Source: Candidatus Latescibacterota bacterium
GTDB taxonomy: Bacteria > Latescibacterota > UBA2968 > UBA8231
Assembly: GCA_965204725.1 (NCBI GenBank)
Contig: CBDBFD010000001.1
Span: 1 to 51,736 of the forward strand
Direction: 5' to 3'
Length of the DNA stretch: 51,736 nt
Part shown: positions 34,196-45,010 of the stretch, one piece after another
Layout: each line of letters starts with the position of its first letter
How positions within the stretch are numbered: the first letter of the stretch is position 1
The notes under the pieces: generated by a model
Database searches by the model: none
Told to the model about the DNA's origin: nothing
The model's input: only the letters and a program-made list of their open reading frames with translations
Made by a program: the position numbers and the translations under genes

Positions 34196-37100
34196 GGTGA
34201 GCGTAACCTCATTGGAATAGGTGCTGTCGGTATAGGTGCTGTCCACCGCGTCAGCCTTGACGCGGAAGGTAAACGAGCGGGTGGTGGTCGCGCCTGTCGA
34301 GGCTCGTAATATGAGGAGCTCGATGGAAAAATCAGTGAGTGTCCTACCAGCGGCTAGGGTGATCCATGCCCCACTCCCCTCTGCGCCGCGGGCCTGTACC
34401 GTATAACCAGAAACGCCTGCCGCCGGTGTCGAGGCGGTCCATGAGATGTCGAACTGATCAAAAGGCGTCGAGCTCGTGGAGCCGGTCAGGGTGGGACGGC
34501 TGAGCGCTTGTGGGGCCGGCTCCGCAAGCGTAATCGCATCCGAGTAGTCGCTGGCGGTGTACCCCGCTGTGGGGTTGCTCTTGATGCGGAAGTCGAAGCT
34601 GGTCTCCGTGCTCCCGGTCTGGCTCTGTACGGTGGCCAGCGGCGTCGTAAAGCTGCGGCCTGTCAGGTTGTTCATCAAGACGGTCCATGCGCTGCCGCTT
34701 GTGGGCTTGGCCTCCAGCACCATAGAGCGGTAAGCGGTATCCGTAGTAGGCTGCCACGTAAAGCTGAACTGGCGGCTCGTCACCCAAGTGCCTATCAGTC
34801 GCGGCTTGGGGGCCGACTGGAGCGACGTGCGGACCGTCGCCTCGTTGCTCACGTCGCTGTCGTGGTATCCTGCCGCCCCTATCGCGGTGATGCGGAAGCT
34901 AAAGTCGTCCGTGGTGGGCAGGGTGATGGTGGGGTCGAGCGAGGTCGGGTCGGTGTCGAGCGTTGTGCCGCTGCCGATGACGGACTGTATCCCGGCCGGT
35001 GCTTTGGTCCATGCGCCGCTGCCGACCTTGAACTCGAGCTCATAACGGGCCACCCCCGCTGTGGGTGTCGCCGCCGTCCATGAGAGGGGGAACGATACGA
35101 GGCCCGTGTCGCTGGCAAATGCGACCGTTGCCGTCATCACCGGCGTCGTCAGCTTGACCTGCGGCGGCACGACGAGGTTGACGCCGTTGCTGTCGAGCGA
35201 GTTCTGCCGCTGCGTTGGGTCGGTGGTGATGGCGCGTACCGTGGCCCGCTGCGTCAAGGCAGGTAGCCCGGCGGCGGGGCGGGGGAGCCTTACCGTGTAG
35301 GTGGTGGCTCCCGTGACAATCGCCGTTGACCCGCCAATGCCGCCGTTTACGATTTGATAGCTCGCCAAGAGGTTCGCTGGACGCGATGCTCCCCACTCCA
35401 TGCTAAACTCGATGTATAAGGCCGTCGTGGTAAAGCTGGTGATACGCAGGTTGGTGGGCGTTGTCATGCGCGGGACGGCACTGGCGAGGGTCGTGAAGTT
35501 GGCTTGCGCCCATGCGGAGTTGCGGTGCGTCCCGGCGGGCTTGGCGATGGCGATGATCGCAAAGACATAGGTGCTGTCTGCCTCCAGCCCCGTCAGCCTG
35601 TTGTTGGTGTTGCCCGGCTGGATGGATATACGCCCCGCATGGGCGGCCTGTAGCTCCTCTTGCGTCGGGGTGCGGGGGCTGGCAGCGGTCCCGGCCCGCA
35701 GGAAGAAGTACCGATACTCCTGCACTTGATCGGCGGGGGTAGACTCCACAAAGGAGGTCAGGATGCTGTTGGCCCGTCGCTCCGTGAAGGTGATACCCGA
35801 GGGGGCACTCAGCGGCAGCCTGGTGCTCATCGTCACGTTGGCTGTCCCATAGGCGCTGAGGAGGTAGTTGCTGTTGGGCAGGGCGAGGATACGCAGCTCG
35901 ATGTAATCGTCCGTGGTGCTGAGCAGCCGCTGGAGGCGAGTGCGGCTGATGTTATAGCGCGTCTGCGTCGCGGAGACGTTGCCGGACACGAGGATCCATT
36001 GGCCGCCGTCCACACGCCCCCATATCGCATACCGATAGACGCCCGCCTGCGGGGTCGAGCGCACCCACTCCATGTTGACGCGCAGGGTGGCTTGGTCCCA
36101 GGTGGCGGTCAGGGCGGGCGTCGAGAGTTGGTTGCCCGTGCCGGTCTCCTCGCCACTCGGCTGGGGGGCGGTCGCGCTGTCGGCGTTGGACGTGCTGCCT
36201 GAGTAGCCGCTGTTGGCGGCGGCTTGAACGCGAAACTCGAAGGTGAGTAGGCTGCTGCCGGTGGCAGCCCGGACGGCTTGCAGGGTATAACTGCCGGAGC
36301 GGGTGGCTCCCTTAGCGCGGGCCTCCAGCCGCTGCCATGAGCCGCCTGCGGCCCGGGCCTCGACGATGTATTCGTCCAGCCCCGCGGTGGGGGTGACGGC
36401 TGTATAGCCTACGACGAAGCGGCTGGTGGTGCTGCTCCATGCGGCCGTCACTGTGGCGCGGCTCAGGGGCGTGACCGCCGTGCCCGTGTCCGTGATCGTC
36501 GTGCGAAAGGTCTCCTCGTCGCTGTCCTGCGAGGTGCGGCGGTTGGCGTCGATAGCGTCGTCGGTCGCCACGGCCCGCACAAACACATCGTAGCGTGCGC
36601 CGTTGGTGGCCAGCCCCGTGAGGGTATAGGCGCGGCTCGTCTTGATCACCCGTATGCCGGTCGAGGGGAACGCCCCGCCGGTGGGTCGATGGAATACACG
36701 GTACTCCTTCAGGTCGGCATCGGGGTTGGCCGCCGTCCATGCCAGGGCCGCCGTCCCATCGCCGGGCGTCACCGTCACCGTCACCTTAGACAGCGGGACG
36801 GCCCCCACCACAGGAACCTCGCCGGTGGCGAGGGTCTCCGCGGTATAGACGCCGCGCGCGGAGTCGATCCAGCGGACGTTGTTGAGGATGTAGTTGTTCT
36901 TGGCGCGGGCGACGATCTGCACATCATACACATCGTCTGTCCGTAGCCCCCCCACAGTGACAGAGGTCGTGGATGCCGACAGGCTGCGGCGTATAAAGCG
37001 GGCGGGGGGCGGCTCCCCCGACCAGCGGTAGTAAAAGTCGTACCGCTCAATCGCCTCGGAGGGGCTGGGAGTGGACCAGCGGGCGGTAAAGCTGCGGTCG

Positions 37101-40100
37101 CCCGCCGTGAACTGCACACGCCCCAGCGTGATACGCCTATCCGTAGGGGAGGCCGGGGGAGCGGGCGGTCGCGGCGTCTGCGGTCTGTCGGTCTCGGCGG
37201 CGGGCTCTCCTACATCGTTGGTGACGCCGGCGGACCAGACGCTGTTGCGCCAGCCGGGTGCGCCAATCGACCGCGCTTGAAACTCCCAGCGGACGCCCTC
37301 GACGGGTGGCGGCTGGATAGACAGGTTGCCGCGGGTCGCCTCCACGGAGCGGGTGAGCTCCCACCCGCGGCTTGACTCCGTCTGGTTGTTGCGGTCGAGG
37401 ATGCGTCCGCGCACCTCCTTGCGGGCGATTCCGGTGTTGCTTGAGGGGGTGTGGAAGGCGATGGTGATGTCGGACAGCTGGTTGCCGTGCCCCGCGGTGA
37501 ACACCACGGAGCGGATGGTCAGGGACGGTGCCCGTGCGCCCGTGGTGCGGGCGATGGTTGTGAAGCTGCCGTACACGAAGTTGCTATCGGTATAGGTTGA
37601 GCCGCCGATGGCCCGCACCCGCCAGCTATAGGCGCTGCTGCTCTGTAAGCCATTGAGCCACGTGGTGGTGCCGCGCACCGTGCCGGGAAGCTCGGTCCAC
37701 TCCGCATCCCCCCGCAGTTGATACTCAACCTTATAGCCGAGGATAGCCCCGGCATGGGTGCCCGTCGGGGCGGTCCAAAAGAGGGTCAGCCCTGAGTAGT
37801 TGATCTCGCGCGTCCCCAGCCCGGTAGGGGGCGGCAGCTGCCCCCCCGCCAGCGCGAAGATAGACGCCGTGCGGAAGTCAGCCCCCGACACGGGGTCGCT
37901 GTCTGTGTAGAACTGCGCGCCGACGCGCCCGCCGAGGCTGGTGAGTTGCCATTCGTAGTTCGTCTGTGCGTCTAGCCCGGGGATCGTGCCGCGGGTCGCC
38001 GTCCGACCAAAGCGTATGGGGGTCCAGCGGGGGCTACCCCGCTTGCGGTACTCCAGCTTATAGCCCCCCAAGCCCGTCGCCTCGACGCCAATGGGGGCGT
38101 TCCATGAGGCGGTCGCTGCGTTGTAGGTAAAGCTGTTGATGGACAGACCACTGGGGGCCCCCACGATATTGGGGTTGCCGCGTAGCCCGGCGGTGGGGCC
38201 GGGCGTGAAGTAGTCCAGTTCCGTGCGGTCGCTGTCTGTCAGGGCCGCTCCTGCGCGGTTGGTGCTGCCGGGTAGTACCAGTGCCCGGACCTGCCACTCG
38301 TAGCGCACGAGGGGACTGAGGCCGCTCAGTCGATAGCTGAGGTCCGTTGTGTAGCGCACCTGCCATGCCGCCGGGTCTGCCCCCGCCACCTGATAGCGCA
38401 CCTCGTAGGTGCGTATAGCGCGGCTGTTGCCGTCCGTGGCGGCAGACCAGCGTACGGTTGCGCCGCCCGCGATAGGGGTGTTGCGCGGCGCGAGGGGGGT
38501 GCCGAGCGGTGTCGGCGGCACGGGCACGGTCGAGGAGGGCGTGATAAAGCGTTGCCAGCCGCTCTCCGTGTCTGAGTAGCGGTCGTTCTTGGCCTCGCTG
38601 GTGATCGTCCAGCGATACTCTGTGCCCGGGTCGAGGTTGGGTAGGACGCGCAGGCGAGCCGATGGCTCTAGGTCGATCTCGGTGGCGGTCGCAGGGTCAG
38701 CGGACTGCTTCCAGTACCTGATGAGGAAGCCGCCCAAGCCGTCCGCGCCGCTGGTGGCCGCGTTCCATGTCCATGCCAGCGTTGCTGAGCGGCCATCGGC
38801 GGCGGGGGTGCCCGTCAGCCCGGTGGCCACCGGCACGGCTGTAACGGTGACTCCCGTGTCGCAGGCCGCCGACTGGAAGTTGCTGCCACCCCGCCATACC
38901 CCATGCGCAAAGAGAAAACTGGATATTTGTGTCTCTAATCCTATTGCTTGTAGCTCGCGCCGCTGTTGTGCGAGGGGCTTGGCGAGGGCGCGGATGCGCC
39001 ACTTGTAGGCGTTGCCACACGTCAGGTTGCGGACGATGGCATGGAGGAACTGTGAAAACGCGCTGACGTTGTAGTCCTTCTCGATGGGCGACCGCCACTG
39101 GGTGTCGCTCGTCAGCGCGACCTGTACCCGCATCTTGCCTGAATAGGCCCGCAGCTCATTGCGGTCGCGCAGGTTGCGGTCGATGGTGGCGGCGAGGCGT
39201 GCGCTGGTCTGCTGCCGCTCGTCGATGCCGCCGGGGTAGGGCGAGGTCAGGACACTGATGCGATCCCGTGGAAGGACACTGACCTGATAGCGGCTGGACC
39301 ATGGACTGTCCCTGAACGCCTGCGGCTGGCTCGACTGCGCCTTGACGGCTACCACCCACGAGCCGCCGCTGTTGACCGTACCCTCCCCTAGTAGCTGGTC
39401 GAGGCGGACGGACAGGCCGAGGCTCTCGCCCAAGATGCGGGTAGGGCGCACATCGTCCGGGCTGGCAAACAGGCCAATGAGGTACTTGGTGACGGCCACG
39501 GTCGCCGGTGTCCCCAACGCCCACGAGAGGGTGATGGTGGTGTCACTCGACTGGTCGCCGGGCGTGTGGGGGTCATCGAGGCTGCCGCGCACCACCGCGG
39601 CGGTGAGGCCCGTCGGCGCGGCCATGGCCTCGCGGCAGACGCCCGTCGTGGTCGCCACGGTCTCCTCGTAGCTGCTATCGTCCCACTGGGAGGCTTCCGT
39701 GGCGATGGCCTGCACCTTGACCTGATAGGGCTGGCAGGGGCTGAGGTCCGACAGGGCCACATGCCGCCGCCCCGCGGTCGGGGTATAGACCCATTGCCAG
39801 TCGTCCTCGTCTTGGATGGTATAGCCCACCCGATACTTCTCAATGAAGCTATAGCCGTCGGCTTGCGTGTCCGCCCCGGTAAAGCGCACAACCATCGAGG
39901 TGTCCTCGATCTCGTCCGCGCGGACGAAGATGCTCTGCGGCGGCGGCACGGCGGCGTCACGGGCCTCGGCGGTGAGGGCCACCCGCGCCTCGTCCGAATA
40001 GCTGACGCCCTGCGGGTTGACGGTCTCGACCTTATAGCGCCAGACATACGGCTCTGTCCTAACCTCCTCCAGCGTGATAGCCCCCTCGACCTGCCGCGTC

Positions 40101-41566
40101 TGCTGATTGAACGCCAGCCAGTTGGGGAGATCAGAGACACTGTAGCGGAGCGGGTCTGTGCCGTGATAGGCGGCCTCCGGGAGGGTGATCTCGACGATCC
40201 CCACGTCCTCCGTGTATTCATAGAGGCGATTGGCAAAGGCGGGCCGTCCCACCTCCAGCTCGTCAATGACCTCGACATACTCCCATGCCGTAGCGCGGTG
40301 CGGGTCGAGGCTGAACTGGCGCGTCAACGACCAGATATAGGGTGTTTCGGGCGTCGGCAGCGGCGGGTCATCGGATGCCCCCAGTGGGCGGTAGTCGGCG
40401 TTGGTGTTCTCTACAAAGGTCTGTGCAGGCAGGGCCTCAAGCTGGGTCTTGATCTTGGTGTCGGCGGCGAGGTAGCACGTTTGCTCCTCGATGGGCAAGC
40501 CGCGCGGCGTATCCATCGCCACCGGCTCCAGCGCGGCTTGATTACCCGGGTCGTCCCACACCTGCCACGCCAGCACCCGGCTCTGGTTGGCGATGAGGTT
40601 GTACTCGACCTGCCGCACTTGGTAGATGTCGTTGGCATCCCCGGCGGCGTGATGCGGCCCCAAGTAGGGCAGGTTGCTGTCGAAGTTGGCGCGAAAGAGT
40701 TGTCCCACCTCAACGAAGCCTTGAAAGGTGGCGCGGATATAGACCTGCTGGCGGCTGAACCGGGCAAGGAACCGGGCCGCCCACGCATCTTGCTGGTCCG
40801 CATCAAGGAAGGCGAGGGCTATCTGGCGGTCTGCCACCTCTTGGCCAATGGCGGGCGTGTCGGCTTCGTAGGTCGTCGTCGCCTGCTCGCCATGCAGCAC
40901 GAGGCGCGAGCAAGCCGTGCCAAACGCATTGGGATCATGCAGCACCTCCCACGCCAGCGGGTTGCGGTAGGTGGCCACGTTGCTTGTGGATGGGGAGCGC
41001 GTGAAGGACTTGGCCTGCACAGAGCGGACACCGGCATTGTTGATAACCACAAAGCCCATGTCCCAAAAGCTCTCAAAGAGCACATGCGTCAGCGTATCCA
41101 GCACGGGGGTAGGCGAGATAATGGCCGCGCTCCCCGTTGGCACATCCGTATCCGCGATATAGTCCGCGAACTGATAGGGCACAGCGGACGCGCGCGCGAT
41201 CTCCTCGGCAAGGTCATTCAGGTCTTGGCTGTCCGGGTTGGTGAACGTGCTAGCGCGGTTGCGTATATCGCCGTAGAGCTTGACCTCGGTATAGGTGGGT
41301 GTGCGCTCAACGAGCTTGGGCTGAATGCGTCCGTAGAATACATCCTCCCCCGTGATATCGCCCATCGCCATGAGGCATTGCTGGCCGATCCAATCCTCGC
41401 TAAAGACGCCCTCAGCAAACCGGATGCGCCCGACGGGTAGGACGGCGCGGGTGGGGCGCGTCAGGTTGGTCAGGCGCGTGTCGGCGGTGGCCTGTGTGAT
41501 CTCGCCGTCTATGGACGATAGGCGGTCGGCATCGCTGCCGCGGCCGATGGTGATGATGGCACTCAT
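34184..41566 (-). CDS. Giant tail-tip/central fibre protein with an Ig-like domain and ~17 FN3-like domains, 2460 aa
   Basis: Follows TMP and the Dit candidate; repeated P.GL...W....Y.V.Y...GL....Y.(W/F).V.A...DS signatures; LPNWLAFN Ig-like motif. Confidence 0.88.
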   Translation of the reverse strand: MSAIITIGRGSDADRLSSIDGEITQATADTRLTNLTRPTRAVLPVGRIRFAEGVFSEDWIGQQCLMAMGDITGEDVFYGRIQPKLVERTPTYTEVKLYGDIRNRASTFTNPDSQDLNDLAEEIARASAVPYQFADYIADTDVPTGSAAIISPTPVLDTLTHVLFESFWDMGFVVINNAGVRSVQAKSFTRSPSTSNVATYRNPLAWEVLHDPNAFGTACSRLVLHGEQATTTYEADTPAIGQEVADRQIALAFLDADQQDAWAARFLARFSRQQVYIRATFQGFVEVGQLFRANFDSNLPYLGPHHAAGDANDIYQVRQVEYNLIANQSRVLAWQVWDDPGNQAALEPVAMDTPRGLPIEEQTCYLAADTKIKTQLEALPAQTFVENTNADYRPLGASDDPPLPTPETPYIWSLTRQFSLDPHRATAWEYVEVIDELEVGRPAFANRLYEYTEDVGIVEITLPEAAYHGTDPLRYSVSDLPNWLAFNQQTRQVEGAITLEEVRTEPYVWRYKVETVNPQGVSYSDEARVALTAEARDAAVPPPQSIFVRADEIEDTSMVVRFTGADTQADGYSFIEKYRVGYTIQDEDDWQWVYTPTAGRRHVALSDLSPCQPYQVKVQAIATEASQWDDSSYEETVATTTGVCREAMAAPTGLTAAVVRGSLDDPHTPGDQSSDTTITLSWALGTPATVAVTKYLIGLFASPDDVRPTRILGESLGLSVRLDQLLGEGTVNSGGSWVVAVKAQSSQPQAFRDSPWSSRYQVSVLPRDRISVLTSPYPGGIDERQQTSARLAATIDRNLRDRNELRAYSGKMRVQVALTSDTQWRSPIEKDYNVSAFSQFLHAIVRNLTCGNAYKWRIRALAKPLAQQRRELQAIGLETQISSFLFAHGVWRGGSNFQSAACDTGVTVTAVPVATGLTGTPAADGRSATLAWTWNAATSGADGLGGFLIRYWKQSADPATATEIDLEPSARLRVLPNLDPGTEYRWTITSEAKNDRYSDTESGWQRFITPSSTVPVPPTPLGTPLAPRNTPIAGGATVRWSAATDGNSRAIRTYEVRYQVAGADPAAWQVRYTTDLSYRLSGLSPLVRYEWQVRALVLPGSTNRAGAALTDSDRTELDYFTPGPTAGLRGNPNIVGAPSGLSINSFTYNAATASWNAPIGVEATGLGGYKLEYRKRGSPRWTPIRFGRTATRGTIPGLDAQTNYEWQLTSLGGRVGAQFYTDSDPVSGADFRTASIFALAGGQLPPPTGLGTREINYSGLTLFWTAPTGTHAGAILGYKVEYQLRGDAEWTELPGTVRGTTTWLNGLQSSSAYSWRVRAIGGSTYTDSNFVYGSFTTIARTTGARAPSLTIRSVVFTAGHGNQLSDITIAFHTPSSNTGIARKEVRGRILDRNNQTESSRGWELTRSVEATRGNLSIQPPPVEGVRWEFQARSIGAPGWRNSVWSAGVTNDVGEPAAETDRPQTPRPPAPPASPTDRRITLGRVQFTAGDRSFTARWSTPSPSEAIERYDFYYRWSGEPPPARFIRRSLSASTTSVTVGGLRTDDVYDVQIVARAKNNYILNNVRWIDSARGVYTAETLATGEVPVVGAVPLSKVTVTVTPGDGTAALAWTAANPDADLKEYRVFHRPTGGAFPSTGIRVIKTSRAYTLTGLATNGARYDVFVRAVATDDAIDANRRTSQDSDEETFRTTITDTGTAVTPLSRATVTAAWSSTTSRFVVGYTAVTPTAGLDEYIVEARAAGGSWQRLEARAKGATRSGSYTLQAVRAATGSSLLTFEFRVQAAANSGYSGSTSNADSATAPQPSGEETGTGNQLSTPALTATWDQATLRVNMEWVRSTPQAGVYRYAIWGRVDGGQWILVSGNVSATQTRYNISRTRLQRLLSTTDDYIELRILALPNSNYLLSAYGTANVTMSTRLPLSAPSGITFTERRANSILTSFVESTPADQVQEYRYFFLRAGTAASPRTPTQEELQAAHAGRISIQPGNTNNRLTGLEADSTYVFAIIAIAKPAGTHRNSAWAQANFTTLASAVPRMTTPTNLRITSFTTTALYIEFSMEWGASRPANLLASYQIVNGGIGGSTAIVTGATTYTVRLPRPAAGLPALTQRATVRAITTDPTQRQNSLDSNGVNLVVPPQVKLTTPVMTATVAFASDTGLVSFPLSWTAATPTAGVARYELEFKVGSGAWTKAPAGIQSVIGSGTTLDTDPTSLDPTITLPTTDDFSFRITAIGAAGYHDSDVSNEATVRTSLQSAPKPRLIGTWVTSRQFSFTWQPTTDTAYRSMVLEAKPTSGSAWTVLMNNLTGRSFTTPLATVQSQTGSTETSFDFRIKSNPTAGYTASDYSDAITLAEPAPQALSRPTLTGSTSSTPFDQFDISWTASTPAAGVSGYTVQARGAEGSGAWITLAAGRTLTDFSIELLILRASTGATTTRSFTFRVKADAVDSTYTDSTYSNEVTLTITN

Positions 41567-41579
41567 AAGGCTCTACGCT

Positions 41580-42569
41580 CTACGTGGTATCCTCAATGGG
41601 CTGAGACTGGATGTCTGCTTGGACGATCTCTTGTAGGCGCATCTGCGCGTTATAGTAGATGGTCTGTGGCGAGTAGTCAAAAGAGGCTATGCGGACATAG
41701 CGCAGGCTGGCGGGTGTGCCCATCATTACACCCACGGGGGTTGTATCGCCCGCGGACTCTTGAACCGCAATGAGTTGGTCAAGCTGATCCTCGTCAATGA
41801 GGTCCCAAGCGACGTCCAAGTCGCGGTAGTTGCGCTGCCTCCGATTGTTGGGATAGCGCCCTTGCACACGCGGCGCGGCCGGGTTGCCGTAGCGCGTCTG
41901 TGCCCCATCGCGGTAGCGGCGCGGCCCAATGACCTGTCGCGTACCGTGCATCACCCGCCCAATGTAGAGGATGGAGTTGAGGGGGCTGGCCGGGCGTGTG
42001 ACTGCGAACTGTAGGATAAAGCCCCCTGAGCGCGTTTGTCCCGGCCACGTGAACGCATGGTTGCCGCGCCAGATCGTACAGGGAAAGACACGGGGCGCGG
42101 TCGAGTGCCTGCGAAAGAAGCTGAAGGTAGAGGGCCGTAGGGTCACGGTCTCAGGGTCTTTATCGTAACTCGTGGACGATATGGCTGTGCCCAAGTTCTT
42201 GACGCCGATGGTGAGCGTTGGCTTGTCGGCAACGGGGAGCGAGTGCCGCAGCTTGTCGTCGCCATAGCCACTGGGGGCGTCATACTCGGGGCCGATTATA
42301 GCAATATCGAAGATGCCGATGGTGTCGCCTCGCGGCGCGGTTGTCCCCAGCACATTCATTAGGAAGGTCTTAGACAGATTGCCTGCCGTGTGCGCCAGCG
42401 GGCGGCTGATCCACGCCACCGCAGGGGAGGGGTTGGCAATGACCCGCGGCTGGTTGGCTCCGTCGGCGGTGTTGTTGCCGACCGCCGTTACGCTGACCAC
42501 ACTGGCGTTGTTATTGCTCTCGATGGCCTCCCGCCAGTCGGGATCGTCAAGGAACCATAGGTTGGACAT
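41580..42569 (-). CDS. Putative distal tail protein (repeat copy)
   Basis: Identical to 6662-7651. Confidence 0.55.
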   Translation of the reverse strand: MSNLWFLDDPDWREAIESNNNASVVSVTAVGNNTADGANQPRVIANPSPAVAWISRPLAHTAGNLSKTFLMNVLGTTAPRGDTIGIFDIAIIGPEYDAPSGYGDDKLRHSLPVADKPTLTIGVKNLGTAISSTSYDKDPETVTLRPSTFSFFRRHSTAPRVFPCTIWRGNHAFTWPGQTRSGGFILQFAVTRPASPLNSILYIGRVMHGTRQVIGPRRYRDGAQTRYGNPAAPRVQGRYPNNRRQRNYRDLDVAWDLIDEDQLDQLIAVQESAGDTTPVGVMMGTPASLRYVRIASFDYSPQTIYYNAQMRLQEIVQADIQSQPIEDTT

Positions 42570-42580
42570 AGCCGTTCTCC

Positions 42581-45010
42581 CTACCCCCCAATGTTAAAGC
42601 GGCTGGTATAGGCCAGTTGCTCAAGCTCGTAGGCTATCTGCTCGGCCATAGACTTAGGATCGTCGTTGCCCTGCACAACCACCTCCACGCGCTCCACATT
42701 GACTGTCGGCTTGGACGCGCCGGGGATGCGGTTACGCGCCTCTTGTTCCTCAAGCTCCTCTGGCGTTGAGCGGCGCGGCTCGGCGGGTGGGCGGAAGGGT
42801 GAGCGGTTGGTGCGTAGGTTCGCGCCACCAAAGAACTCAACCTCCGCTTGGGCGATGCGATTGGTATTGCCGAAGATGCCTTCCAAGAAGTTCGTATTAT
42901 CGAGGATACCCTGTAACAGCCGCTGTGTAGCCGCCTGCGCTACGAGGCCCGCCGCCGGCCCAAACGCGCCGCCGACCAAGGCCCCGGCTGCCAGCCCGCC
43001 CCCTTGCGCGAGGACGCCCCGTGCGCCCTCCCCGACGCTCTCAGCGGAGGCTATCTGACCAGCGAGGATGCTGGCGAACTGGAGGCGGGTGGCGTCGCTG
43101 GTCAGGGCGTCTAGGCCGCGCCCGAACCGCCCCTGCCCACCCGCGCCAAAGGTAAAGTCGGCATCGCTAAACAGATCGGCACCCCCCGCGCCGGTGATAC
43201 CCGGGTTTTGTCCGAAGAAGGTGAGGGGCAACCCACGCCCAAAGAACGCCTCGCTCACGGGGCCTCGTCGCCGCAGCAAGGGGGACGTGGCCAGCCGCGC
43301 ACGGGCCAGCACTGCGGGGATGCTCTCAATAGGCTGATCGGCGGCCTCGCGGTCAAGCTCGCGTAGGCGCATCTCAACCACCCGCGCGGCCCGGTCGGTG
43401 ATAGTCTGATCAAGCTGTTGTAACTGCTGCCTAAACTCGCGTAGCTGGAGGTTGTAATCCGTGCCCGTGCCCGTGCCGGGGATCAAGCCCTCGATAGTCG
43501 TCAAGGTGGATCGGATCGCTTCCCGCTGGGCATCCCCCTCAAGCAGGCCAATGCCGCGCACCTGTAAGCCGAGGTCGGATAGAATAGCCTCGCGACGGCG
43601 TATCTGCTGGAGCGGCGATAGTTGCCCAACAAGCGAGGGGGGGAGCGTCCGTAGCTGCTCAGGCGAGAGCAACCCCTGCTGCGAGAGCGGGAGCGTGAAC
43701 GGGTCCGCCGGCGCGGGAGCAACAGGGAAGGCTGGCGCAATGAACCGCACCTGCCGCGCTGCTGCTTGTCGCACTGCACGTAGTTCGGCTGAGCGGCCAG
43801 CATCCACAACCGACAGGGCCGCCTCGTCAATCTCGCCGCCCTCTGGCCGCAGCACCCCAAACGCCGCCTCGCTTGTGCCGCTTATGATACGCTCGCGAGC
43901 ACGAACCAAGTCTTGACGGGCGATGTCCGCCTCCGTCAGCCGCGCCCGCCCAATCTCACGGATCAGGTTTACATCACGCTGATACTGCTCGCGCTGGATA
44001 AAAAGCTCTCGCTCCTCGCCCGGTGCGAGGTCGCCAAGTCGGAACCGCTCGCGGGCGCGGGCCTGTAGGGCCTCCGTGCCTCGTGTCGCCTCGGTAAACC
44101 CCCCACCCACAAACGCAGGCTGACGGAACAAGTCAACATAGACGCCGAACTCGCTCTGAACCTCTGTGATAAAACGGAGAGCCTCGCTTGTGTCGCGGGG
44201 GAAGACTAAGTAGGCGGCTTCGGCGGCGTCCGCCACCTCGCTGATGGTGCGCTCTTGCTGGGCCACCGGCGCGAGGTAGAGCAAGCCGATATGGTATAGG
44301 TCGGCATCTGAGAAGGTGGTGTTACGGCTACGGAGAGCTTGGATCAGGCGATTGGACGTGGTGGGACCTACGCCTAGTCGCCGGGCAAGGGCGTTATACT
44401 CCTGCCGTGCCGATTGCACATCAATGATAGCACCGGGGGTGGGCAGGTTGATGTTGCTAGCGACATAGCCCAGCCCAGCCCCTAACGCTGTGCCAATGGC
44501 GGCCCCTATAAGACCAAAACCAAGCGACCCCCGTAGCCCGCCAGCCACCGCGCCACGCACAGCCCCAGCCGTGCCCCCCACATCCGCTAGCGTCCCTGTC
44601 GTGCCGGGGGCACCCAGCGGCACCCCTTGCGCCCCGTAGCGCACGTCGGCGCGGGTGGCACTATCCAACTGTTGCCCCAGCCGCTCAATGGCCGTCCGCG
44701 CTTGTGATACATCGAGGCGCACAGAGGCCCGCATAGAGCCTTGTAGCGACCGCCCGACATTATCAATGGCTACGAGGGCGTCTGTGGTGTCCACTTGCAG
44801 GCGTCCACCAACACCGCCCCGGAACTGGCTTTCAATGGAAGTAAGGTCGGCCTTGATCGCCGCCAGCCCTTGCTCGGCATCGCGGGTGTCGGCATCGACG
44901 CCGAACTGGGCATCGTCCAGCCCGGCAAGGGTGCGCTCAAGGTTCGATAGCTTGCCCTGCGCCCGGCTGGTCTGCGCTACTACATCAAGGTTTAGTCTCT
45001 CGCGCGGCAT
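42581..45010 (-). CDS. Tape measure protein (repeat copy)
   Basis: Identical to 7663-10092. Confidence 0.85.
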   Translation of the reverse strand: MPRERLNLDVVAQTSRAQGKLSNLERTLAGLDDAQFGVDADTRDAEQGLAAIKADLTSIESQFRGGVGGRLQVDTTDALVAIDNVGRSLQGSMRASVRLDVSQARTAIERLGQQLDSATRADVRYGAQGVPLGAPGTTGTLADVGGTAGAVRGAVAGGLRGSLGFGLIGAAIGTALGAGLGYVASNINLPTPGAIIDVQSARQEYNALARRLGVGPTTSNRLIQALRSRNTTFSDADLYHIGLLYLAPVAQQERTISEVADAAEAAYLVFPRDTSEALRFITEVQSEFGVYVDLFRQPAFVGGGFTEATRGTEALQARARERFRLGDLAPGEERELFIQREQYQRDVNLIREIGRARLTEADIARQDLVRARERIISGTSEAAFGVLRPEGGEIDEAALSVVDAGRSAELRAVRQAAARQVRFIAPAFPVAPAPADPFTLPLSQQGLLSPEQLRTLPPSLVGQLSPLQQIRRREAILSDLGLQVRGIGLLEGDAQREAIRSTLTTIEGLIPGTGTGTDYNLQLREFRQQLQQLDQTITDRAARVVEMRLRELDREAADQPIESIPAVLARARLATSPLLRRRGPVSEAFFGRGLPLTFFGQNPGITGAGGADLFSDADFTFGAGGQGRFGRGLDALTSDATRLQFASILAGQIASAESVGEGARGVLAQGGGLAAGALVGGAFGPAAGLVAQAATQRLLQGILDNTNFLEGIFGNTNRIAQAEVEFFGGANLRTNRSPFRPPAEPRRSTPEELEEQEARNRIPGASKPTVNVERVEVVVQGNDDPKSMAEQIAYELEQLAYTSRFNIGG

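Larger units (their letters stand above)
1..34918. mobile_element. Complete tailed bacteriophage genome unit (siphovirus-like), 34,918 bp
   Basis: Terminase, portal, scaffold, capsid, neck, tail and replication genes are all present once per unit; position 34919 onward repeats position 1 onward. Confidence 0.95.

Noticed and set aside
33685-34309. Plus-strand ORFs 33685-34170 and 33857-34309
   Set aside because: The first crosses the terminator hairpin; both are antisense to the 99-aa gene, which has a clear RBS.
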